IMG/VR virus record: IMGVR_UViG_3300022876_000002 | DNA from: a virus | Lineage: Duplodnaviria; Caudoviricetes | Strand: one strand, 5' to 3' | DNA: 64,000 nucleotides | Shown here: positions 57,176 to 64,000 of the stretch, piece by piece | Numbering within the stretch: position 1 is the first letter of the stretch | Layout of the letters: each line of letters begins with the position of its first letter | Program-made: the position numbers and the translations under genes | Notes under the pieces: generated by a model | Seen by the model: only the letters and a program-made list of their open reading frames with translations | Told to the model about the DNA's origin: nothing | Database searches by the model: none

Positions 57176-57207
57176 AGTACCCTACCAGCCTGGGCTGGTA
57201 GGGTACT
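57176..57207 (-). terminator. Terminator hairpin
   Basis: agtaccctaccagcc-tg-ggctggtagggtact directly after the 309-aa gene. Confidence 0.75.
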
Positions 57208-57223
57208 TACCGAGTATTACAGC

Positions 57224-58153
57224 TTAGGCCTTTTTCTTGGCCTTCTGTGCAGCCGGCGCGGCAGCTTTCGGTGCAGCCTTGGCAGCTTGTGCAGCGGCAC
57301 GTTTCGCGTCACCAGCTTTCTCGGCCGGGGTGCGCTCGTGGATCACCAGTTGCTCGGACAGGGGTTTCAGACCCAGCGAAGCGATGTCAACGCGTGCCGG
57401 ACGTTTTTCCTTGTCCTTGTTGCCCTTCTTTACCAGCAGGCTACCGATGGATACCACACCGCTGGAGGTCTGACGTTTGCGTTGTTCAGCCGACCAGGCA
57501 CCCAGGCCCTTGTTGATCGACTCGCGTGGGAACACGTTCAGATCGTAGTGGTAGCACAGGCCACCGGCCGACAGGGTCAGGTCGTGCGGACGGGTCGGGT
57601 CGAAGTACACGCGGGAAGAAACGTACTGCTGGTCCTTGTTGTACAGGCCGATCTCGATGACGGTCGGTTCCGGGTATACAGCGGTCAGGACGTGCTGCCA
57701 GAAGTCGGCAACGATGGTAGCGTTCTTATCGTAGACGCGCGGGCCGCGCACCAGAGCGTTGTTGAACATGGTGCGGATCACGTCACAGGCGTCGGTACCG
57801 GTGCCGTCGATAACGAAGGACCAGACTTTCTTGCCGTTGACCACGGTGAAGTGAATGGAGCGACGAGTGGCCAGGAAAATCAGAGCGAACTCCTTGTCCT
57901 TGGATTCGAGCGCACCGAAAGAAACGATCTCGCCTTCGATGCGGAGATCGGTCCAGTTGCCGTAGCCAGCTTCGTCTTTGGACGTCGCCTTGTAGTTGCG
58001 GATGTCCAAGGTGACCAGGCGCTCTTGCTTGGCGCGTTGGAACTCGCGGTCGAAACCGAGTTCAGCCAGACGGGCTTCGTTGGCGGTGGTGTCAACTTTA
58101 ACTACCAGGGACTTCTTCGAAACTGCACGGGCGACGATCGATGCTTGAGTCAT
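57224..58153 (-). CDS. Early protein with an Ala/Lys/Pro-rich (histone H1/AlgP-like) C-terminal tail (309 aa)
   Basis: Tail AEKAGDAKRAAAQAAKAAPKAAAPAAQKAKKKA; GC3-rich codon bias; has its own promoter and terminator. Confidence 0.8.
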   Translation of the reverse strand: MTQASIVARAVSKKSLVVKVDTTANEARLAELGFDREFQRAKQERLVTLDIRNYKATSKDEAGYGNWTDLRIEGEIVSFGALESKDKEFALIFLATRRSIHFTVVNGKKVWSFVIDGTGTDACDVIRTMFNNALVRGPRVYDKNATIVADFWQHVLTAVYPEPTVIEIGLYNKDQQYVSSRVYFDPTRPHDLTLSAGGLCYHYDLNVFPRESINKGLGAWSAEQRKRQTSSGVVSIGSLLVKKGNKDKEKRPARVDIASLGLKPLSEQLVIHERTPAEKAGDAKRAAAQAAKAAPKAAAPAAQKAKKKA

Positions 58154-58279
58154 GACAATTACCTTCTTGGTTAACCGAATACGGTTTGTTATGGAAGTAA
58201 GAGTGAGGAAGTGTTTTGGTGGACTTCCTCATACTTATTAAAACCCAGTAACGATAAAATTAACTAGCGTTACACCTTA

Positions 58280-58287
58280 GTAATGTA
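58280..58287 (-). promoter_or_regulatory. Early promoter variant TACATTAC
   Basis: agttggatcTACATTAC; one mismatch; upstream context resembles the 40847 promoter. Confidence 0.55.
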
Positions 58288-58307
58288 GATCCAACTTTAT
58301 CTACAAG

Positions 58308-58874
58308 TTAACGACGACCACGGTGGATGTGAGCGTACGCTTGCATGTTGTGGACGTACTCTTCCGAAGAACTTGGTGACATCACACGTTGTTCCAGCAA
58401 ACGACCGGATTGATCAGCAGTGTAGACATTGATCTGCCGAGTCTCACGGTCTTCCACGTAATAGGTCACGATTGCGCCAGTGTGGAGTACCTGGAAGTCG
58501 ATCAGTTCCGACTTGTTGAGTTTGTCGGCTGGAACGAATTCCTTCCAGTTAGAGACTTCCACGTTGGCCTTGGTCAGACGCATCGCCGCAACACGCAACA
58601 TAGCAGCTGCCCGCGAGCTTTCGCCTACGCCGTAGGAAGCAATCTTGGCGAGTTCTGCAGCGATCTCGGCGTTAGTGAAGTCACGCAGGTCGGTGTTATG
58701 TTCGACCTGCTCACCGAGACCGATGATGTATGCAGTCTCGGGCTCACACCACTGGGGGTTTTGCACTTTGCGGGTTGCGCCGAGTGGCTTGGCCAGCGGA
58801 TCACGTTGTTCTGGGTCACGGCGTTCTTCGCTGTGTGCACCACGTTCGTCGTTGATACCGTCACGTATTGGCAT
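58308..58874 (-). CDS. Hypothetical protein (about 188 aa)
   Basis: Start chosen at ATG 58874 (agga RBS); 58931 is an alternative; the track start overlaps the upstream gene. Confidence 0.6.
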   Translation of the reverse strand: MPIRDGINDERGAHSEERRDPEQRDPLAKPLGATRKVQNPQWCEPETAYIIGLGEQVEHNTDLRDFTNAEIAAELAKIASYGVGESSRAAAMLRVAAMRLTKANVEVSNWKEFVPADKLNKSELIDFQVLHTGAIVTYYVEDRETRQINVYTADQSGRLLEQRVMSPSSSEEYVHNMQAYAHIHRGRR

Positions 58875-58974
58875 ATCTTTATTCCTTTTACTAAGTTCTG
58901 AGAGATGATCCACGAATTCTGGTACGGTCATATCTCGTGGATGTTGGATAATGGATTCAAAGGCACTATTGTTG

Positions 58975-59532
58975 TTACTTGCGGGCGATCCACTCGTACC
59001 GGATGACAGCAGGTCCGACACTTTCCAACGGGTTCTTTGGATCACCGAATGGATGGACAAACATAGTTGGAGAAGCATTGGTATTGAAGATCCTCACTCG
59101 TCCAGTAAACTGCATCCAGACTGAGTCGAGGATACAGTGCTCTTCTGTTACACATGCATCCCACACTATCCGTTGCGACGTCAACTCACTAGGGAGTATC
59201 ATGCGCTCAGTGCCTTTAAACTTAGGCTGGAATACAGAGTACTCCATGTACGGATAGTTTTTCTCCTCGAACAACTTGGAGACATTAGGGAACACCCCAC
59301 GAAAGCACTGGTCGATCGTAGGACCTACCGAGATGCGTGGGAGGTTAGGTTCAGGGTAAGGGAACGACTGATCCCCTACCACCCCTGGAGCCGACTCTTG
59401 CGACTCCTCAAAGCCAGCCGGGTTATCTGGATGCCACATCCCCTGGTACGTATGGTTCTTGAAGGAGATGTGGAACAGATCCTGGATACCAGGCTTAGCC
59501 TTGGTTGTTTTGTAGGCCAAAGGTTTATTCAT
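58975..59532 (-). CDS. Hypothetical protein, possible ADP-ribosyltransferase-like fold (185 aa)
   Basis: LFHIS...PRISVGPTIDQCF...WDACVTEEHCIL pattern; start overlaps the upstream stop; the function call is tentative. Confidence 0.6.
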   Translation of the reverse strand: MNKPLAYKTTKAKPGIQDLFHISFKNHTYQGMWHPDNPAGFEESQESAPGVVGDQSFPYPEPNLPRISVGPTIDQCFRGVFPNVSKLFEEKNYPYMEYSVFQPKFKGTERMILPSELTSQRIVWDACVTEEHCILDSVWMQFTGRVRIFNTNASPTMFVHPFGDPKNPLESVGPAVIRYEWIARK

Positions 59533-59719
59533 GCAAACCCTCGTCTTCAACGTGCTTGATAAATTCCTCTACCGCCTCGTTCAGACTAGTGAACTCCTCG
59601 GACAAACCAGGGTTACCATCACTCTGGAAAGTGGTGAGCATAGAACGCAACTCACCCTTAGCCCGCTCCCAAGCCATGTGACGCATTGTCCGTAGCACCA
59701 CGGAATCATTATTACTCAT
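59525..59719 (-). CDS. Small hypothetical protein (64 aa)
   Basis: RBS and tight packing. Confidence 0.7.
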   Translation of the reverse strand: MSNNDSVVLRTMRHMAWERAKGELRSMLTTFQSDGNPGLSEEFTSLNEAVEEFIKHVEDEGLHE

Positions 59720-59728
59720 AACGATTAC

Positions 59729-60517
59729 CTATTTAGATTTACCAAAGAACAACCCACCAATAGTTGGGCGTTGTTTTGCTGGATCATTCGCTTCTAACCA
59801 ATCACGCGCCCACTCCTGGTATTCCTCGATATTCTGAGGCCCACGAGCGCTATGCACATACTGTTCAACAGTCGCGTGATCAAGCATCTGTTTAAAACTA
59901 GTTAGTGCGTCATGCACCGCCATGTCTTTGTAGTTAAGACGACCGGTGAACTGGATAAACCCTGGTCGACTAATGTCCACGTGCCCGACAGTTCCCACAT
60001 TCGCATAAGGGAACGCTACCTCGTGGTAAGGATCGTAAGTGCTACGACTCATCCCCATCTGGTACATCAATTGTTCTACCCAGGTTTCCCGTTCGTCGTT
60101 ATGGGGGACAGGCCACTTTGGATCCTTCTCGGCTTCTTTCTCCAAACGACGCATTTCTTTCTTGGAGTTATAAAGTCGGTTGACCTCATCTACCATAAGG
60201 CCAGCAAGTGCATCAAAACGCATTTGCTCAATGACAGGATCTGCCAGTAGCGCTTCAATGAAATCATTGCTGAGCAGCGGGGTAAACTTAGGCAACGGCA
60301 CACGACTGATGTAACTATTAGCGTTAGGGCCCGGATTAACAACAAAGCTAGCGTGTCGCCAACCACCCCACAAACCCAGTTCACGGTATTTGGCAGGGAT
60401 GTCCTCCATCAATGTAATCTTGGGCGGGTGCATCCAGACGTCTACATAGGGGTTATCATCAACCAGGATTTTCCCCACGTATTCGTTCCAGTTGTCGTAA
60501 ATCCATTTACCGGCCAC
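59729..60517 (-). CDS. Hypothetical protein (262 aa)
   Basis: GTG start overlapping the upstream gene end. Confidence 0.65.
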   Translation of the reverse strand: MAGKWIYDNWNEYVGKILVDDNPYVDVWMHPPKITLMEDIPAKYRELGLWGGWRHASFVVNPGPNANSYISRVPLPKFTPLLSNDFIEALLADPVIEQMRFDALAGLMVDEVNRLYNSKKEMRRLEKEAEKDPKWPVPHNDERETWVEQLMYQMGMSRSTYDPYHEVAFPYANVGTVGHVDISRPGFIQFTGRLNYKDMAVHDALTSFKQMLDHATVEQYVHSARGPQNIEEYQEWARDWLEANDPAKQRPTIGGLFFGKSK

Positions 60518-61850
60518 GTTTCTTTCTCCCAGTGTCTAGTTGGTTGGCGTCTTGCAAGCGTTTGCGAGCACGCATTTTCTCGTAGTACACCATGGTACCT
60601 TGAAGCACGCCATTAGGGCGCAACACACCCCATTCCTTACGACCAGGGTTCCAAATCTTAGGCAAGGTCCCATACATGCGCTGGTAGATCATGCTGTCGA
60701 TAGCCTCCTCAGCCCACTGCTCGCGCGGCTGGCTTGGCAGTAGTTTCAGATACATTGGGCTGTACGAGTATTGGCTGATCTGCCCGCGCGCACCATACTG
60801 ACCAATACGACTGTAGTAATCACCACCACGCATGTAATACTTGTTTTCATGTTGGTCGTAACGGATGTTGTAAATACCCACAACTGGTTTGCCGCCCACG
60901 TAACCGTCGCCACCAATGATAGTCAACAAAGGCTCGTGTCTGCTGTGCTTAGCAATAGCACGGCCAGTAGTTACCCAACCAGGATGTTTGAACTCCTTAA
61001 CGAAATGGTGTACGTTACCATCCACGTCTACTTCAGTGTCATACACTGAGAACGACGGTTGATAACGCATGCCACGGATCTGGTCAAAGAAGCTCGGTGT
61101 TTCCAGGGAGATCAAGCCAATACGACTGTGGTTCTTGAGGCTAGTCAGCGCATCAGCCAGAACGTTACTACGTGGCCGGTCATACGGTGTGCGTGTAGTA
61201 AACGCAGCATGATTGAAATACTCACCACGACGCAGACCACCAGACATACCCAAACCCCTCATTTGTTTACCCAAAGCAATTGGAATAGTAGGCGCCCGAC
61301 GCTCAACCTGGGTCGAGCCAAGAACACCACTCAACATCAAGTCGCGTTTAACAATACAGCTAATGCAACGCCCGCAACTACCGGAAGGATAGCACACAGG
61401 GTTACCATCCTCATTTATTACCACGAAGACGCCTTTACGCTGGAGATCGAACATGTAGGCATTGGCTTCTGCTTTACGTTTTTCCCAAGCACATGTTGCT
61501 TCCGGGTAGTACAGATCAATGTCATTATCTTCATACATGTGCTTACCCTCCAGTATGGGTTTAGCAGCAACGAATTCAATACCGGCTGTGCGCATCATGT
61601 GCTCACCCATGATACCTTCTTCGGTAACAGGGGATTGGGTGTCATTATCTCGGTACATGGGTTTACCAGCGGAGTCAAAGCCATACATGTAACCGCGGTT
61701 AGGGGACTTGGACGCGAGGATGGAGTCGATAGTCAAAGCAATATTCCCCTTAACACGGCCTGCCATCACTTCCTTGTAATACGCCATCAGATCAATTGCG
61801 TTAGGATGTGGTCTGAAAACAGGCATCGGTGGAATCTTCTTATCGGACAT
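60507..61850 (-). CDS. Mosaic hypothetical protein with a DnaB-like remnant segment (447 aa)
   Basis: Contains CGRCISC and GGLRRGE...LISLE. Confidence 0.65.
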   Translation of the reverse strand: MSDKKIPPMPVFRPHPNAIDLMAYYKEVMAGRVKGNIALTIDSILASKSPNRGYMYGFDSAGKPMYRDNDTQSPVTEEGIMGEHMMRTAGIEFVAAKPILEGKHMYEDNDIDLYYPEATCAWEKRKAEANAYMFDLQRKGVFVVINEDGNPVCYPSGSCGRCISCIVKRDLMLSGVLGSTQVERRAPTIPIALGKQMRGLGMSGGLRRGEYFNHAAFTTRTPYDRPRSNVLADALTSLKNHSRIGLISLETPSFFDQIRGMRYQPSFSVYDTEVDVDGNVHHFVKEFKHPGWVTTGRAIAKHSRHEPLLTIIGGDGYVGGKPVVGIYNIRYDQHENKYYMRGGDYYSRIGQYGARGQISQYSYSPMYLKLLPSQPREQWAEEAIDSMIYQRMYGTLPKIWNPGRKEWGVLRPNGVLQGTMVYYEKMRARKRLQDANQLDTGRKKRGR

Positions 61851-61872
61851 AACAATTACCCTAGAGTGAAAT

Positions 61873-61892
61873 GGGGTAGGTCACCCTACCCC
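61873..61892. terminator. Possible terminator hairpin
   Basis: ggggtagg-tcac-cctacccc, intergenic. Confidence 0.5.
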
Positions 61893-61900
61893 GACGTTAG

Positions 61901-62473
61901 TTACAAACCCATTTCCAGCAATGGGTGTTTATCAAAACCACACAGGCGAGTCTTACCATCTACCACTACGTACACCTGTTTGGTAAACCACGCCTCTTTA
62001 CGCACTTTAATGTGCACCAGGTCGTTGCACCACTTACCACTCAGATCGTATTCGAACTCGACGTCTTTAAGCGTTCGCAGGTACTCCAGCACGAACTGTT
62101 TCAGTACGTCATACATCAGCAACGTACTAGCCCGCCCATCCAGCATAAACGACTTGAACAGGTGGTTCCAGGCTTCACCCAGATCACTACTGCCAGCCGG
62201 TACCTTGTAGCTGTAACGACGTTTACGCGTAAACCAGTAGTATCGTGTGGCCGTTGCCGAACTAAATACTACCATTTGCATTTGACGCCCGTGGGTGACA
62301 CCGAACAGACGGATGTCATCACCGATACCAGGTTTGACTACATGACACCCGGCTTTAATAGCAGCCGTACGGTTCATGGTAGTCGGAATAAGACGATCGC
62401 GGTCCAGGTACACAGTTCCCTCTTCCATATCGAAAGGGAATTCGTTCTTGAGTTCAAAGGCTTTGATCAACAT
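61901..62473 (-). CDS. Hypothetical protein (190 aa)
   Basis: ggag RBS. Confidence 0.7.
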   Translation of the reverse strand: MLIKAFELKNEFPFDMEEGTVYLDRDRLIPTTMNRTAAIKAGCHVVKPGIGDDIRLFGVTHGRQMQMVVFSSATATRYYWFTRKRRYSYKVPAGSSDLGEAWNHLFKSFMLDGRASTLLMYDVLKQFVLEYLRTLKDVEFEYDLSGKWCNDLVHIKVRKEAWFTKQVYVVVDGKTRLCGFDKHPLLEMGL

Positions 62474-62512
62474 GTGAAAACTCCAAATTAGAGTGCAGCA
62501 GTACGATATTAG

Positions 62513-62884
62513 TTAATTGTTTACTTCGCTAACCAGCCAGTTCCAGATACGGCGTTTGAAATCACCAATACCTTGCGTGCGTGGTTCTTCCAGGACGTCC
62601 ATCAACACATCACGGGCATCGCTAACACTGACGCAATGGTGCTCGGACGTTACAGTCCCGCGATACATACCAGTGAACAAGTAGAAGCGACTGGCTTTAC
62701 CATCGGACATCATGATCAGCATACCCACGTCTTTGATACGCTGAGCTACGTAGAAGGTAATGCTACCCAAACCAGGACGTACAGAAACAACACCACCCTT
62801 ACGCGAGATCACTGGGGTGCCGCTATCCTTGTTAATGAACATGGTGCGACCGTTAGCGATCTTTGGGTTTACTACGTTAATCAT
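62513..62884 (-). CDS. Hypothetical protein (123 aa)
   Basis: Start moved to ATG 62884 (aagga RBS). Confidence 0.65.
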   Translation of the reverse strand: MINVVNPKIANGRTMFINKDSGTPVISRKGGVVSVRPGLGSITFYVAQRIKDVGMLIMMSDGKASRFYLFTGMYRGTVTSEHHCVSVSDARDVLMDVLEEPRTQGIGDFKRRIWNWLVSEVNN

Positions 62885-62941
62885 TAGGATCCTTTCCTTT
62901 ATTAGTTTTGAAAGGGGAGTGTTACCTCCCCCGTTGCGCAA

Positions 62942-63763
62942 TTAGCAGCCCAAGCCACCATTAGGCGCCAACGAACCAGCGCCGACTACGTTGAACTCTT
63001 TCGGAGCAGTTACCGGTGCCTTGCGTTCCCAGTTATGCGGGGCCAGGTACTGGAAGATCGGATTGTCGTCCGACAGTTCGAACGAAGAGAGTTGAACACG
63101 TTCCTCGTTGTCGCGGTCGAAACCTTCCACTTCGTGGATCCAACCCTCGCTGTCCATGTGCAGGACAACTTCTTCGCCGTTGTGGTCCGTAACTGTTACG
63201 TGGATCAGATCAGCAGTTTCGATTCGGAACTGGCCATCGACACCGATGTGTAGCACTACTTCTTCCCACTCAGCGGTGGCACGATTGAACCCAACCCACT
63301 TGCCGGCTTCGTCGCGCTTGAACATTACTGGTTCGCCGCGAAGTTCTTCGAAGGTCACTACTTCGTTATCGCCGAGGGCGAGGTAGTTGCTACCTACCTG
63401 GTCAGCGGATTTAACCTTAAGCTCGAAACCAGCCGGGTAACTTTCTTTGAGCGAGTCCAGGTGTTCAGCCAGAGTCCGCACCGCTGCACGTGGGTGGTCC
63501 TTGCTGAGTACGAAGCTCCCGTCATTAGTGAGCCACATGACAGGGTTGTTGGCAGTCTGGAACAGGTTACTGCCACCCATAGGTGTCAGGGAGCGAATAC
63601 CTGGATGAGCCTTCGTCTGAGAACTGATCAGGGTGGCCAGGTTGTTTACACCGCCGGAACGAAGAAACCCACGCGGCACGGTCAATGGGTTACCGTTGTA
63701 TTCCACCAGGTCGACGTTGGTGATATTGAAACGTGTAGCGTGTACGGTCAAATTGACAATCAT
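62942..63763 (-). CDS. Hypothetical protein, beta-rich (273 aa)
   Basis: gagg RBS; GC3-rich codon bias. Confidence 0.7.
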   Translation of the reverse strand: MIVNLTVHATRFNITNVDLVEYNGNPLTVPRGFLRSGGVNNLATLISSQTKAHPGIRSLTPMGGSNLFQTANNPVMWLTNDGSFVLSKDHPRAAVRTLAEHLDSLKESYPAGFELKVKSADQVGSNYLALGDNEVVTFEELRGEPVMFKRDEAGKWVGFNRATAEWEEVVLHIGVDGQFRIETADLIHVTVTDHNGEEVVLHMDSEGWIHEVEGFDRDNEERVQLSSFELSDDNPIFQYLAPHNWERKAPVTAPKEFNVVGAGSLAPNGGLGC

Positions 63764-63782
63764 GATATTTCCTCGTTTACAA

Positions 63783-63998
63783 TTAGTGACAGAATTCGTT
63801 GTAGTTGACCAGCGTGGTACGGTCGTTGTTACCTACGAACCAGTATTGATCAGACGGCTTGAGAATGGCGGTGCCATAGTCACCTTTTACGTAGGTAAGA
63901 CGCCATGGCTTGGCCTTCTCGTCATCACGACCCAGGATAGTCAGATCGCTACCTGGGAGTTTGACTTCAGTACGCTCGGTGGTGATGTCGTTGTCACT
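63783..63998 (-). CDS. Hypothetical protein, C-terminal part only (starts beyond the window)
   Basis: Hand translation ...SDNDITTERTEVKLPGSDLTILGRDDEKAKPWRLTYVKGDYGTAILKPSDQYWFVGNNDRTTLVNYNEFCH*. Confidence 0.65.
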   Translation of the reverse strand, partial: SDNDITTERTEVKLPGSDLTILGRDDEKAKPWRLTYVKGDYGTAILKPSDQYWFVGNNDRTTLVNYNEFCH

Positions 63999-64000
63999 AC

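Noticed and set aside
1-64000. tRNA, rRNA, CRISPR array, integrase/transposase
   Set aside because: Intergenic gaps are short and explained by promoters and terminators; no cloverleaf, spacer-repeat array or recombinase motif was seen by eye

Overview
A 64-kb, roughly 50% GC segment of a phiKZ/EL-related jumbo phage genome; the endolysin type and gene order look most like Pseudomonas phage EL (from recall, not a database search). No host DNA, tRNA, rRNA or CRISPR array was seen. 1-34.8 kb is the conserved core: prohead protease, four candidate virion RNA polymerase subunits, an EL188-like endolysin, a ~2,700-aa tail protein with GH19 and M15-like lytic domains, UvsX/RecA, an RNase H-like protein and head/virion proteins. 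34.9-41.1 kb is accessory: a stand-alone intein-like protein, then 12 small coupled ORFs. 41.3-53.4 kb is a tail-fibre/receptor-binding module. 53.4-64 kb holds minus-strand accessory genes, some directly behind TATATTAC-type early promoters. The best leads are (1) eight small proteins sharing an exact-register N-terminal motif that resembles ClpX-binding/degron peptides, (2) an extein-less class-3 intein-like protein, and (3) an RNase H homologue that appears to lack all four catalytic acids. phiKZ/EL gene equivalences are from memory and synteny and need confirming by search.
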